A stretch of DNA of 64,000 nt from a bacterium. GTDB lineage: Bacteria > Patescibacteriota > Dojkabacteria > B142 > OLB20. The notes under the pieces were generated by a model, which was given only the letters and a program-made list of their open reading frames with translations, was not told the DNA's origin and did not search any database. The position numbers and the translations under genes were made by a program. The DNA is taken from NCBI GenBank assembly GCA_021463645.1, contig JAJTYI010000009.1:189269-253268 (forward strand), written 5' to 3'. Positions 46,557 through 57,560 of this stretch are shown in pieces (within the stretch, counting starts at the first letter, position 1; each line of letters begins with the position of its first letter).

Positions 46557-46991
46557 TTAAGGACAAGTCATACCTGATGTTTCATCAGTACCTGCAAATA
46601 TCTCAACATCTCGCTCATTACAATAATTCAATTTGTACCCTGGTGCAGTGTTGGAAAAATACCATTTTGTAGCTTGTGCTGTTGTTGTAGCACCTGGTTC
46701 TGCGGCATTTTTTAGAGGTACTTCAATCACATTTGCACCAGTCGAATCTGAAACTTCAACTCCTACACCAGTAGAAATTGTTCCAAAAGTTAATACATCA
46801 GGATATTCACCATAATTTGTATAATAGTCTTGTATGCCTATATTAATATCCTCGGCTGCTTTTCTTCTTTGAGTTTCTCTGGAATTTCTTTGTACTTGAA
46901 TAATACCGAAAATTGCCAATGCAATTAGAACGGCAATAATCGCCATAGCGACCAGCAATTCAAGTAACGTAAAAGCTTTTTTTGCTTTCAT
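46557..46991 (-). CDS. Type IV major pilin candidate (PilA-like)
   Basis: 'KKA|FTLLELLVAMAIIAVLIALAIFG' prepilin N-terminus. C-terminal Cys pair ('NYCNERD...SGMTCP') forms a disulfide loop. Confidence 0.7.
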   Translation of the reverse strand: MKAKKAFTLLELLVAMAIIAVLIALAIFGIIQVQRNSRETQRRKAAEDINIGIQDYYTNYGEYPDVLTFGTISTGVGVEVSDSTGANVIEVPLKNAAEPGATTTAQATKWYFSNTAPGYKLNYCNERDVEIFAGTDETSGMTCP

Positions 46992-47014
46992 TTATAAAAA
47001 ATAATAAATAAAAA

Positions 47015-48229
47015 TTAAATGATTTGAGCAATGTTATAAATAGGGAAGTAGACTGCAACAGCTAAGAATGCAACCATTACACCTACTATCAATAACATAA
47101 TAGGTTCAATCATACTCGTAAGGTTTGCAGTCATTTCATTTACTTCGTTTTCGTAGAATTCCGACAAATCACTAAGGATTTTATCTAACGATCCTGTATC
47201 CTCTCCAGTTGCTATCATCTTGATGACTATATTTGGAATAACATCAGTTTTTGCTAATGATAATGCAATAGACGATCCTTTTGATACCTTTTCAGCTGAA
47301 TAGATCATGGCATTGCTATAGTGGATGTTACTCAAACCACCCGCTGTTGAGTACATTGCGTCTATTATAGGAATTCCGCTCTTTAAAAGCATGGCTAACA
47401 TCCTAGTCATTTCTACTACTTGAACATTGTTTAACAATACGCCTAGTATTGGCATTTTAAGATAAGCCTTATCAATGACTCTTCTACCGCCTTCGGATGC
47501 ATGTGCAACCCTATATCCTAAAACCAACCCTAAAAGAACAAGAACGGTAATAATGATTCCCACCGGAGAGGTAAAGAAATTACTTATGGCGACTAAAATC
47601 CTAGTCACTAGAGGAATCTGATCTGCAGCTCCAAGATCAGCATAAAGATCAACCACAGCCGGGACCATATAAATTACCAAAATCATCATGACTACAATCG
47701 CAGTCAAAACTATGATAGTAGGGTAGATTAAGGCATTTTTTACTTTATTTTTTAGTTTTTGTTTTTTTTCAATATCAATAGAAATCTGTTGCATAACTTC
47801 AATCAAGTTTCCACTTTTCTCCGCCGATTGGATTAAACTAATTTGGATTTCATCAAAAATTACATCTTGTTTTGCGAAAGAGGTCGCCAAAGGAAGTCCA
47901 CCTTTGACATCAAGATATACTTTTTTCAACTTTTCTTTGAGGCTAGGGTATTTTGCTTGATCGACAAGCACTTCTAGAGATTGCAGAATCGGTAAGCCAG
48001 CTTCTAACATAAAGGTAAGTTGTTTAATAAGGAAAACTCTTTCTTTGTATGGAACTCCTCCCACTTGAAGTGAGAATAGATTTTTGAAATCAAAACTTTC
48101 TTCGATTGTTATAACAATCAAGTCTTTTTCATGAAGAAAATCTACGATCTCTTTGGCTGATTCCGCATCACGTTTTCCTGCAACAACTTTACCTTGTTTA
48201 TCTGCTGCTTCGTATTTAAATATTGCCAT
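47015..48229 (-). CDS. pilC: Type IV pilus platform protein PilC (GspF family)
   Basis: Two T2SS-F repeats. 404 aa. Multi-TM, with cytoplasmic domains carrying 'LLKSGIPI' and 'GEDTGSLD'-type motifs. Confidence 0.8.
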   Translation of the reverse strand: MAIFKYEAADKQGKVVAGKRDAESAKEIVDFLHEKDLIVITIEESFDFKNLFSLQVGGVPYKERVFLIKQLTFMLEAGLPILQSLEVLVDQAKYPSLKEKLKKVYLDVKGGLPLATSFAKQDVIFDEIQISLIQSAEKSGNLIEVMQQISIDIEKKQKLKNKVKNALIYPTIIVLTAIVVMMILVIYMVPAVVDLYADLGAADQIPLVTRILVAISNFFTSPVGIIITVLVLLGLVLGYRVAHASEGGRRVIDKAYLKMPILGVLLNNVQVVEMTRMLAMLLKSGIPIIDAMYSTAGGLSNIHYSNAMIYSAEKVSKGSSIALSLAKTDVIPNIVIKMIATGEDTGSLDKILSDLSEFYENEVNEMTANLTSMIEPIMLLIVGVMVAFLAVAVYFPIYNIAQII

Positions 48230-49671
48230 TAGTTTTGCTTTAATAGGCTAATTAGATCATTATGTTTGACGGTATATGCCTGTGCCTCTTCTAGTGTGAT
48301 TTCACCGGATCTAATCAAATTGACAAGTGATTTCTCCAAACTGATCATCCCTAACTCGGCACTTGTCTGGATCATATTATCGATTTGATACGTTTTCTTT
48401 TCACGAATTGCATTTCTAATTGCAGGTGTAGCAATCATAATTTCAGAAACTGCTTTTCTTCCACCACTTTTGAGTGGAATAAGTCTCTGGGAGACAACAG
48501 CGTGAATCACATTTGCTAATTGAGCCCTAATCTGTGCTTGTTGGACATCAGGGAAAACGTCAATGATACGATCGATTGTTTGAGATGCAGAATTTGTGTG
48601 CAAAGTTGAGAATACTAAATGTCCAGTCTCCGCTGCAGTGATAGTTAACGCAATTGTTTCATAATCTCTCATTTCCCCAACTAACACGACATCTGGATCT
48701 TCTCTTAATATTTCTCTCAAACCTCTGGTCCAACTTCGGACATCTTTGCCGACCTCTCGTTGATTGACAAGTGCTTTTGCACGAGGAAATAAGTACTCCA
48801 CAGGGTCTTCAATCGTAATAATATGTCTAGCTTGTGAAAGATTAATCTCCTGAATTATTGATGCTATGGTAGTACTTTTACCACTTCCGGTCGGACCAGT
48901 AATTAATACCAACCCATTTGCAACTGTAGTAAAGTCCTGAAGTATATTAGGCATTCCAAGATCAGTAATTGTTCGAATCTTTGATGGAATCAATCGAAAT
49001 GCACCCGCAAGATTTCCTTGTTTGTGAAAGATATTTATTCTAAATCGATTACCAGTAGAATGAGTATAAGAAAAATCAATATCCAAATAATTCAATAATT
49101 GTTTCTTCTGATTTTCCAACAAAATTTCTCCAAATAGTTGTGAGACTTTCTCTTCTGTTAATACCTGTGAAGGAACTGGAAGTAAATCTCCATTTATTCT
49201 AAGTAGGGGAGGGTATCCCACGGAAACATGCAAATCAGAGGCTCCTTTCTCAACAGCTAATGAAAGTAACTCATTAATTGAATTGAAGTTCGTAAGGTTG
49301 GAACCCAGATTGATTTGGTTTTGCTCAGTTGTACTTTGAACTTGAAGAGCTGGTAAAGTGCTAGTCATAGGGGATTGCTGTCCCAGTGTTGAAGCAGGTT
49401 CTGTTCCAACATTTTGTATTTGTGAACTATCACCCTGTGATGGCTGGACATTGGTTTGAGTATTCTGAGTTGTAACTAAGTTGTCATTGTTTTGATCCTG
49501 AGGACCAGTCTGCTGCACGGAATCAACTATCGGAGTGGGCTGTAACACTGTGTCACGAAAATCTGTGCTAAGTTGATAATCAATATCATTAAATAGGTTA
49601 TTTGATCTAGGAAGGGGAGGTCCAGAATATTCCCTAACGTTGTTATTCTGGGGCAGTAGTGTGTTTTGCAT
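48229..49671 (-). CDS. pilT: Twitching-motility retraction ATPase PilT with a disordered Q/T/N-rich N-terminal extension of about 130 aa
   Basis: Walker A 'GPTGSGKST'. 'IITIEDPVEY', 'VLVGEMRD' and 'GHLVFSTLHT' are PilT-specific. N-terminal 1-130 is low complexity. Confidence 0.8.
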   Translation of the reverse strand: MQNTLLPQNNNVREYSGPPLPRSNNLFNDIDYQLSTDFRDTVLQPTPIVDSVQQTGPQDQNNDNLVTTQNTQTNVQPSQGDSSQIQNVGTEPASTLGQQSPMTSTLPALQVQSTTEQNQINLGSNLTNFNSINELLSLAVEKGASDLHVSVGYPPLLRINGDLLPVPSQVLTEEKVSQLFGEILLENQKKQLLNYLDIDFSYTHSTGNRFRINIFHKQGNLAGAFRLIPSKIRTITDLGMPNILQDFTTVANGLVLITGPTGSGKSTTIASIIQEINLSQARHIITIEDPVEYLFPRAKALVNQREVGKDVRSWTRGLREILREDPDVVLVGEMRDYETIALTITAAETGHLVFSTLHTNSASQTIDRIIDVFPDVQQAQIRAQLANVIHAVVSQRLIPLKSGGRKAVSEIMIATPAIRNAIREKKTYQIDNMIQTSAELGMISLEKSLVNLIRSGEITLEEAQAYTVKHNDLISLLKQN

Positions 49672-49690
49672 ATTTTAAGCGATTTCTTAA

Positions 49691-51487
49691 TTAATTAACT
49701 ACACGAAGAACTTCTTCAATTGTTGTCATTCCTTCTAAAACCTTCAGATATCCGTCCTGAATCATTGTAATCATTCCATTACTAATTGCAACTTTCTCTA
49801 TTTCGTTTGCTACGGCAGAATCTGATATTAATCCCATTATTCCATCATCTATAGAGAATGCCTCGAATATCCCAATCCTACCTTTGTATCCACTATCCCC
49901 ACATTCAGGGCATCCTTTTCCTTTATATAATATTAGCTTGTTATTATTCTGCCTTAAAAGTTTAGCAAAATCAAACCCTGGAACATTAGAAAGTACTTTT
50001 TCAATTTCTTCTACCTGTTCATCATTCGCCATATATTCCATCTTGCAATTGTCGCAAATTTTTCTAGTCAATCTCTGTGCTGCGACTACATTTATAGTCG
50101 AGGCCAACAAAAAGGGCTCAATTCCCATGTCTATCAATCGGGGGATTGCACCGGCAGCATTATTTGTGTGTAGTGTTGCCAAAACCAAATGTCCTGTCAA
50201 TGAAGCCTGCACAGCCAATCGGGCAGTTTCTTGATCACGAATCTCTCCCACCATAACAATATCTGGGTCTTGTCTCAAGACCGATCTAAGTCCATTAGCA
50301 AAGGTTAAGCCAATATCTGCATTAATCTGTATTTGTGTAATTCCTTCGATTCTAATTTCCACTGGATCCTCAAGAGTTACGATATTAACTTCTGGATGAT
50401 TTAAAATCGTTAGAGAAGAGGCGAGAGTTACCGTTTTACCACTACCAGTTGGACCGGTGACAAGAATAATTCCTTGAGTTTTCTTTAAACCTTTCAAAAA
50501 ATCTTCTTTGGCTTGAGCTCGGATACCAGTATCCTCGAAACTGATTGAATTACTACCTCTTTCAAGCAAACGAAGCACAACCTTTTCACCGTAAACCGAA
50601 GGCATGATGGAAACACGAATATCCACTATTTGATTGTCCATTTTTACTTGGAATCTACCATCTTGTGGAACTCTATGCTCGTCGATTTTCAAATTTGAGA
50701 GGATTTTGATTCTAGCAACTACAGGTTTTTCGAGTTTTTTTGGGAAATTTAATTTCTCTGATAAAACTCCACTCATTCTATATCTGACAATAATTCCTGA
50801 TTCTCGAGGCTCGATATGCACATCGGATGCTTTATGCTTAACAGCGTACTCTAAAATCATATTTACAATTTTTGCAACCGGGGCCGAGGTGATATCTTCA
50901 TTACTAAAATCACCGTCACCTGTAACATCAATAATATCCGCGACATCTTCAAGCGCTTCATCAACCTCACTTGTGATTTGCGCTCCATATCTTGTATCTA
51001 TAACTGTTCTAATAGAAATAGGATCAGTGAAATATGGTTCAATTTTCTTTCCAATTATTGTAGTAAGAAACCTAGTCTTTTGAAGGTCGAGTGGATCAAC
51101 CATAGCAACTTTGACCGCGTCGGGAGTTTCTTCAAATGCTACAGCTTGGTTTTTCTTAGCAATATCTTTAGAAAATATATTTAATATCTCGACGGGGATC
51201 CTTCTCTCGGCAATATTTATAAAAGGAATATGATAGATATCACTTTTTACTTTATAAAACTCTTCTGGTGACACTAATTTCTCTTGGAAGAGTATGTCTT
51301 CAATATTTTTTCCAGTTGTGAGCGCTTTTACCTTAGCTTGATCAAACTTTTCTTTTGACACAAGACCTTTTTCAGTTAGCTTAGCGACAAGTTCATTTTG
51401 TTGAAGGTTGAAATTATCAGACGTAGCTAAATTCGTAGCATCATTACCAGCTGTAACAGGAGTTGTTTGGGCAGTTGTTAGGTTCAT
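49691..51487 (-). CDS. pilB: Type IV pilus assembly (extension) ATPase PilB/GspE
   Basis: N-terminal T2SSE_N domain. Walker A 'GPTGSGKT'. Tetracysteine 'CDNCK...CPECGDSGYKGRIGIFE'. Confidence 0.85.
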   Translation of the reverse strand: MNLTTAQTTPVTAGNDATNLATSDNFNLQQNELVAKLTEKGLVSKEKFDQAKVKALTTGKNIEDILFQEKLVSPEEFYKVKSDIYHIPFINIAERRIPVEILNIFSKDIAKKNQAVAFEETPDAVKVAMVDPLDLQKTRFLTTIIGKKIEPYFTDPISIRTVIDTRYGAQITSEVDEALEDVADIIDVTGDGDFSNEDITSAPVAKIVNMILEYAVKHKASDVHIEPRESGIIVRYRMSGVLSEKLNFPKKLEKPVVARIKILSNLKIDEHRVPQDGRFQVKMDNQIVDIRVSIMPSVYGEKVVLRLLERGSNSISFEDTGIRAQAKEDFLKGLKKTQGIILVTGPTGSGKTVTLASSLTILNHPEVNIVTLEDPVEIRIEGITQIQINADIGLTFANGLRSVLRQDPDIVMVGEIRDQETARLAVQASLTGHLVLATLHTNNAAGAIPRLIDMGIEPFLLASTINVVAAQRLTRKICDNCKMEYMANDEQVEEIEKVLSNVPGFDFAKLLRQNNNKLILYKGKGCPECGDSGYKGRIGIFEAFSIDDGIMGLISDSAVANEIEKVAISNGMITMIQDGYLKVLEGMTTIEEVLRVVN

Positions 51488-51600
51488 TTACTGTGTATTT
51501 TGCCTCTCAAAGTGATAAAATTAAATGCTATTATAGTCTACCTTTTATTCAATTTTTTTTCTATTAATTTCTTTATCAACTTAAATATTGTTATTGTTTT

Positions 51601-52263
51601 ATGTCAAAGTCCTACATAATTTCTTCTACTCGGGTTGATTATATTAACCAAACAATTGATTCATTATGTTCACAGTTCGAAATAATTGATAAGAATGCTG
51701 ACTTTTTGAATGTAGAACCCGCTGATAAGAAACAATCAATTGGTATCGATCAAACGAGGAAGTTGAAAGAATGGTTCAAAGTCAAACCATACAACAGTCC
51801 TAATAAGTTTGCTGTCATTAAAAATGCGGATTTACTCACCGATCAGGCACAGAATTCGATTTTAAAACTCTTGGAAGAGCCCAACGCAAATTGTTATCTA
51901 GCATTGACTTTAGCAAACCCATCAAATCTATTACCTACAGTACTCTCCCGGTGTGAGATTATCCAAGACTCCATTGTTTTAAAGTCGTTAGAAAACTCAG
52001 ACTTTATGAAACTCAGTCGGACGCTACAATTTAAATATATTGATGATCTTTTGAGTGAAAAAAACACATTAGAGCAGAACAGACAGATTCAAACATTTAT
52101 ATTTAATTTGCTTTCAACACTACAAAAACAGCTTGAAGAAGACCATTCCGATACAAAACTTAAACAAAACATTGCTTTGATAGAACAAACATCTATAATG
52201 ATATCTGGTAATACATCCAAAAGGCTCGCATTGGAAAATATGGTAATTAATATGAAATATTAG
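51601..52263 (+). CDS. holB: DNA polymerase III delta' subunit-like (short form, no Walker A)
   Basis: 'AQNSILKLLEEPNANCYLALTL...LPTVLSRCEII' matches the delta/delta' box 'aaNALLKtLEEPp...fiL.....ll.TI.SRC'. Confidence 0.5.
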   Translation: MSKSYIISSTRVDYINQTIDSLCSQFEIIDKNADFLNVEPADKKQSIGIDQTRKLKEWFKVKPYNSPNKFAVIKNADLLTDQAQNSILKLLEEPNANCYLALTLANPSNLLPTVLSRCEIIQDSIVLKSLENSDFMKLSRTLQFKYIDDLLSEKNTLEQNRQIQTFIFNLLSTLQKQLEEDHSDTKLKQNIALIEQTSIMISGNTSKRLALENMVINMKY

Positions 52264-52308
52264 TCGAGCTTATGCTAGAATAACTACTTTCACTTACGAT
52301 GTAATTTT

Positions 52309-54252
52309 ATGAGCAAAAAGGATAATTCTTACAATGCTTCATCAATAACAATCCTAGAGGGATTGGAAGCTGTTCGGAAAAGACCTGCGATGTACATCGG
52401 AGATTCTGATGTTACAGGACTACATCACATTGTATATGAGATAGTAGATAATTCGATTGACGAAGCATTGGGTGGATATGCAGACAAAATCGAAATCAGT
52501 TTGAACAAAGACGGTTCTATTAGTGTTTCTGATAATGGTCGTGGAATTCCAGTAGACATACATCCTGTGAAAGGTATGAGTGCTCTAGAAATCGCAGCTA
52601 CGACTCTGCATGCTGGAGGCAAATTTGACGAATCATCTTACAAAGTGTCGTCTGGGTTACATGGAGTTGGACTATCTGTCGTAAATGCCGTAAGTACGCA
52701 TATGAAAGCAGAGGTTTTCAAAGATGGCAAACATTACATGCAAGAGTACAAAATAGGAAAGCCATTAAAAGACGTGGCAGTTGTCGGAAAATCAGAAGAA
52801 ACTGGTACAAAAATCACATTTACTCCCGATGATACAATTTTCACATCTACGCAATTCAGTATTAAGAAGCTTCATACTCGCTTCCGACAGCAAGCCTATT
52901 TAACTGCAGGAGTTCGTATAGTTGTTCGTGATGATCGCGAGGAAGAAGATAGAGGAGGGGAGAATAATATTCCTAGACATTATGCATTCTATTTCCAAAA
53001 CGGAATGAAATCCTACATTAAGCAAATCAATTCCTCTTACAAACCTGTCAACAAAAACATTTTTTATGTGCACAAAACTGAAGACAATGTAGACGTTGAG
53101 GTCGCAGTCCAATACACCACAGACCTACAAGAAAGAGTTTTAGCTTTTGCTAATAATGTTCACAACCCCGAAGGAGGAACACATCTTTCAGGTTTCCGAA
53201 TCGCATTAACAAAAAGTTTAAATGATTATTTCTCAACGATTGCTACAGATAAGGAAAAAGATCTCAAACTTAGTGGAGATGACACAAGAGAGGGACTCAC
53301 AGCAATTGTTTCAGTCAAAATTCATGACCCGCAATTTGAAGGACAGACGAAGATTAAGCTTAACAATCCAGAAGTTACACAAGCTGTAAGAAAAGTTGTT
53401 GAAGAATCACTAAAAACATACCTGGGAGAGAACCCCCAAGATGCGAAGAACATTATTTCTAGAGCAGTACTTTCCAATAAAGCACGTAAAGCAGCAAAAG
53501 CTGCTAGAGACGCAGTCATCAGAAAGGGTGCACTTGATGGTGGAAGCCTTCCAGGAAAACTTGCCGATTGTTCAAGTAAAGATCCTACAATTTCAGAATT
53601 GTTCATAGTGGAGGGAGACTCAGCAGGAGGATCCGCAAAACAAGCACGTGATCGAAATACTCAAGCGATTTTCCCACTTAGAGGTAAACCTCTCAATACA
53701 GAGAAATACCGTCTTGACAAAATTATGAATAATAAAGAAATAAAAGACTTGGTAATAGCACTTGGAACAGGTATTTCCGACACCATGAATATTGAAAAGC
53801 TCAGATATCACAAAATTGTCTTGATGAACGATGCTGATGTTGATGGAGAACATATTACAACACTTGTTTTGACATTATTCTATCGCCACTTGAAACCAAT
53901 TCTTGAAAAGGGATATCTATACGTTGCCCAGCCACCATTATATAAAGTAGAAATCAATAAAGACGAAAATTATTGGGTTGCTAACGATTCAAAATTAGAA
54001 GAATTAACAGCACAATTAAAAGCTGCTAAGAAGTCACCAAAAAGTATTCAAAGATTCAAAGGTCTTGGAGAAATGAATCCTGAACAATTATGGCAAACAA
54101 CAATGAATCCTGAAAGTCGAACACTTAAACAAATCCGAATCGAAGATGGTGAAGAATCCGATAAAATTTTTGATATTTTAATGGGAGCCGAAGTTGCACC
54201 TAGAAAGAAATTTATCCAAACTCACAGTAAAGAAGCAACCGTAGATATTTAA
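52309..54252 (+). CDS. gyrB: DNA gyrase subunit B
   Basis: '[18 protein letters not shown]', '[14 protein letters not shown]', Toprim '[17 protein letters not shown]' and '[19 protein letters not shown]'. Confidence 0.95.
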   Translation: MSKKDNSYNASSITILEGLEAVRKRPAMYIGDSDVTGLHHIVYEIVDNSIDEALGGYADKIEISLNKDGSISVSDNGRGIPVDIHPVKGMSALEIAATTLHAGGKFDESSYKVSSGLHGVGLSVVNAVSTHMKAEVFKDGKHYMQEYKIGKPLKDVAVVGKSEETGTKITFTPDDTIFTSTQFSIKKLHTRFRQQAYLTAGVRIVVRDDREEEDRGGENNIPRHYAFYFQNGMKSYIKQINSSYKPVNKNIFYVHKTEDNVDVEVAVQYTTDLQERVLAFANNVHNPEGGTHLSGFRIALTKSLNDYFSTIATDKEKDLKLSGDDTREGLTAIVSVKIHDPQFEGQTKIKLNNPEVTQAVRKVVEESLKTYLGENPQDAKNIISRAVLSNKARKAAKAARDAVIRKGALDGGSLPGKLADCSSKDPTISELFIVEGDSAGGSAKQARDRNTQAIFPLRGKPLNTEKYRLDKIMNNKEIKDLVIALGTGISDTMNIEKLRYHKIVLMNDADVDGEHITTLVLTLFYRHLKPILEKGYLYVAQPPLYKVEINKDENYWVANDSKLEELTAQLKAAKKSPKSIQRFKGLGEMNPEQLWQTTMNPESRTLKQIRIEDGEESDKIFDILMGAEVAPRKKFIQTHSKEATVDI

Positions 54253-54262
54253 TATTCAACAA

Positions 54263-56857
54263 ATGACAGATCAAGGTCTAAAAACAACAGGCACAATTAA
54301 CTCTCGAAATATTGTAGACGAGATGTCTACCTCTTACATCAACTACGCAATGAGCGTTATTGTAGCTAGAGCACTTCCAGAGGTTAGAGATGGACTCAAG
54401 CCAGTACAGAGAAGGATTCTGTACGCTATGTATCGACAAGGTTTTCTTCCTAGCAAAGGTTATAAAAAATCTGCTAGAACTGTTGGAGAAGTAATTGGTA
54501 AATATCATCCACACGGAGATACTGCCGTTTACGACGCTATGGTACGTATGGCTCAAGACTTCAGCTTTAGATATCCACTTATTGACGGCCAAGGAAACTT
54601 CGGCTCAATCGATGGAGATACAGCTGCAGCCATGAGATATACAGAATCAAGACTTGGTAAGAATGCATTAGAAATCCTACAAGATCTCGATAAAAATACA
54701 GTAGATTTTATTCCGACATACGACGGTAGTTATTCTGAGCCAAATCTTTTACCTTCCTTACTTCCAAACTTACTGTTGAACGGAGCGGAAGGTATCGCAG
54801 TTGGAATGGCAACTAAAATACCTCCACATAATTTAGGAGAGATTGTAGATGGGTTGAAGTCCATGATAGAGCTTGGCAATGAATTCGACTATAAGCAACT
54901 TGATTTAAAATATGCAGAAAATATTAGAACTGTTGAAGATTTACAGAAATTACCAAAGGACAGATTCCCGGAATTCATCTCCTCAACTACCATCGAAGAT
55001 TTAGCAAAATTCATACCTGCGCCTGATTTTCCTACTGGTGCAGAAATGTACGATCAGGCAGAAATCATCCGTGGATATGCCACAGGTCGTGGAAGAGTAT
55101 TAATGCGTGCAGTCGCACATATTGAAGAACGAGGTAATGGTAAATTTAGAATTGTTGTAACCGAACTACCATATCAAGTAAACAAATCCAACTTAGTTAT
55201 TAAAATTGCAGACCTTCACAGAGACAAAAAAATTATTGGGATAGCAGATTTAAGAGATGAATCAACCAAAACTATTCGAATAGTCATTGATATTAAGAAA
55301 GATGGAAATCCGAATACAGTACTCAACAAACTGTACAAATACACAGAAATGCAAACAACATTCAATATGAATTTGTTAGCATTGGTGAACGGAGAACCTA
55401 AATTACTGAACCTAAAGAGAATTCTTGAATTATTCATCACCCATAGACAAGAAATTATAATTAGGAGAGCAGAGTATGACCTCGCGAGAGCTAAAGAAAG
55501 AGAACATATTCTAGAAGGATTAATGATAGCCCTTGATAATCTTGATGAAGTTATTAACACAATCAGGAGTTCAAAAGATGCAGACATCGCTAAGACGAAC
55601 TTGATTAAGAAATTCGCGTTGAGTGAAATTCAAGCAACAGCAATACTTGATATGCAATTACGAAAGCTTGCCGCACTCGAAAGACAAAAGATTGAAGAAG
55701 AATACAAACAAATCAAAAAGACAATCGCAGAATTGATCAAATTAATTACAACCCCAGATATGGTTATAAATACTATTGAACAAGAACTTACATCACTTAA
55801 GGAAAGACTCTCCGATAAACGAAGAACAAAGTTGCATAAAGGCAAAGTTGGAGAATTTTCAGAATTGGATTTAATTCATAAAGAGAATGTTTTCGTTACA
55901 GTAAGTGAACAAGGATACATTAAAAGAATCAATGAAAATACATATAAGCAACAAAAACGTGGAGGAAAAGGAAAAACCGGAATGGGAACGAAAGAAGATG
56001 ACGGTGTTTCACATATTTTGAGTTGTTCTACACATGACGATATTTTATTCTTCACAAATCGAGGTCGAGTATTTTTCAAGAAAGTATATGAAATACCTGA
56101 GTTTGGCAGAACAGCAAAAGGACAAGCAATTATCAATTTGATAAATATTGACCAGAATGAACTAGTAACGAGTATTTTGAGCAAGCGAGAAGATGGGAAA
56201 CTATATGATGAAGATACAATACAAGAAGGAGAAGATAAGCGAGAGAAAAAACCATATAAATATCTGTTCATGGCTACAAAACAAGGAACTGTCAAGAAAA
56301 CTGCTATAGAAGAATTCAGCAATATTAGAACCAATGGTTTGATTTCTATTAAATTATCCAAAGAAGACGAATTAGCCTGGGTAAAACCAACCAACGGTGA
56401 CGATGAAGTCTTACTCATCACAGAACAAGCGCGTTCAATACGATTCCACGAGAAAGATGTACGACCTACTGGTAGAGACACCATGGGCGTACGCGGAATA
56501 TTGTTTAAGAATGCTGGAGACTTTGTAATAGCTATGGATGTTGTACGAAAACAGGAAGATTTATTATTAACAATCTCAAGAAATGGTTACGGAAAAGTCA
56601 GTAAATTATCACAATTTCCTAGACAGAAAAGAGGAGGACAGGGTGTTTACGCAGCAAGAATTAACAAAAAGACTGGATACTTAGCAACCGCAAGAATCTT
56701 CGACCATCCTGGAATGGATTTATTGATTATCAGCAAGATTGGAAAAGCACTTAGAACTCCAACAAATGATCTTCCTGAGAGAAGTAGACAAACAGCAGGT
56801 GTCCGCCTAATGTCGCTAGAGAAGGGCGATGAGGTAAGTGCTATTGCTATTGTATAA
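54263..56857 (+). CDS. gyrA: DNA gyrase subunit A
   Basis: '[29 protein letters not shown]' and '[20 protein letters not shown]' (QRDR). Active Tyr in '[10 protein letters not shown]'. C-terminal beta-pinwheel repeats. Confidence 0.95.
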   Translation: MTDQGLKTTGTINSRNIVDEMSTSYINYAMSVIVARALPEVRDGLKPVQRRILYAMYRQGFLPSKGYKKSARTVGEVIGKYHPHGDTAVYDAMVRMAQDFSFRYPLIDGQGNFGSIDGDTAAAMRYTESRLGKNALEILQDLDKNTVDFIPTYDGSYSEPNLLPSLLPNLLLNGAEGIAVGMATKIPPHNLGEIVDGLKSMIELGNEFDYKQLDLKYAENIRTVEDLQKLPKDRFPEFISSTTIEDLAKFIPAPDFPTGAEMYDQAEIIRGYATGRGRVLMRAVAHIEERGNGKFRIVVTELPYQVNKSNLVIKIADLHRDKKIIGIADLRDESTKTIRIVIDIKKDGNPNTVLNKLYKYTEMQTTFNMNLLALVNGEPKLLNLKRILELFITHRQEIIIRRAEYDLARAKEREHILEGLMIALDNLDEVINTIRSSKDADIAKTNLIKKFALSEIQATAILDMQLRKLAALERQKIEEEYKQIKKTIAELIKLITTPDMVINTIEQELTSLKERLSDKRRTKLHKGKVGEFSELDLIHKENVFVTVSEQGYIKRINENTYKQQKRGGKGKTGMGTKEDDGVSHILSCSTHDDILFFTNRGRVFFKKVYEIPEFGRTAKGQAIINLINIDQNELVTSILSKREDGKLYDEDTIQEGEDKREKKPYKYLFMATKQGTVKKTAIEEFSNIRTNGLISIKLSKEDELAWVKPTNGDDEVLLITEQARSIRFHEKDVRPTGRDTMGVRGILFKNAGDFVIAMDVVRKQEDLLLTISRNGYGKVSKLSQFPRQKRGGQGVYAARINKKTGYLATARIFDHPGMDLLIISKIGKALRTPTNDLPERSRQTAGVRLMSLEKGDEVSAIAIV

Positions 56858-57023
56858 AAAAAAATGTATTATTTGTGACACTATTTTCAAACAACGTTAT
56901 ATAATTCGTTGTGATATATAAAGGAAAACCGAAAAAAGAAATGCATTATTGTTGTTGCACACAAATTTTTATTATGAATAAATCACTAATCACCTGAGAG
57001 GTGTATACCCATTGTGTATTCAA

Positions 57024-57048
57024 CCTCTCAAAAACGAGAGGTTTTTTT
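57024..57048 (+). terminator. Intrinsic terminator hairpin (AACCTCTC-AAAAAC-GAGAGG plus T-tract); component of a putative greA leader attenuator
   Basis: Stem CCTCTC/GAGAGG followed by TTTTTTTATTTTTT. An upstream TGAGAGG (about 56994-57000) can alternatively pair with the CCTCTCA arm. Confidence 0.55.
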
Positions 57049-57066
57049 ATTTTTTATCAAAATACA

Positions 57067-57495
57067 ATGAAGAAGGCGAAATCGAGAGAAGAAATACTTG
57101 CAAAAATACAAGACCTTAAAAAACAAATTGATTCAATTGGCACACAAATCGAAAGAGATCGAAAAGAAAACGATGCAGATGATTCCGCTGTGTTACACGA
57201 GTTATTAGACAAAAAGGATTATCTAGAGCAGTCAATCGATTCGCTATTAGACTCCTTGAAAAATACTGAACTACCAAAGACTTTTGGTCAACAGTACAAA
57301 GTCAGCATCAATGGTAGCACTCGTGAATTCAAGGTTGTACATCCAACACAGGTTGATACACAAAATGGATATATTTCAACTGAGTCACCGATTGCACTTG
57401 CCCTAGAAGGCAATAGAGCAGGGGACTATGTTGAACTTGACACTCCAGCTGGTAAGCAGGTTATCGAAATACTTGAGGTTTCTGCTGTAGCCTAG
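57067..57495 (+). CDS. greA: Transcription elongation factor GreA
   Basis: N-terminal coiled coil. C-terminal FKBP-like domain 'ISTESPIALALEGNRAGDYVELDTPAGKQVIEILEV'. Start moved from 57001 to the ATG at 57067 (MKKAKSREEIL), because 57001 would read through the terminator. Confidence 0.75.
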   Translation: MKKAKSREEILAKIQDLKKQIDSIGTQIERDRKENDADDSAVLHELLDKKDYLEQSIDSLLDSLKNTELPKTFGQQYKVSINGSTREFKVVHPTQVDTQNGYISTESPIALALEGNRAGDYVELDTPAGKQVIEILEVSAVA

Positions 57496-57531
57496 AGAAT
57501 TCAGGTCTAACAACCAAATCATAAAAATAAT

Positions 57532-57560
57532 AAAAAAGAGTAGGGGAACCCTACTCTTTT
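57532..57560. terminator. Bidirectional terminator between convergent greA and the recombinase gene
   Basis: AAAAA-GAGTAGGG-GAA-CCCTACTC-TTTT. The recombinase stop codon (CTA on +, 57551-57553) lies inside the 3' stem arm. Confidence 0.5.

Noticed and set aside
57001-57066. Longer GreA start at 57001 (ORF-track start)
   Set aside because: The extension (MYTHCVFNLSKTRGFFIFYQNT) is a translation of the terminator hairpin and T-tract. The canonical GreA N-terminus begins at MKKAKSREEIL (57067).
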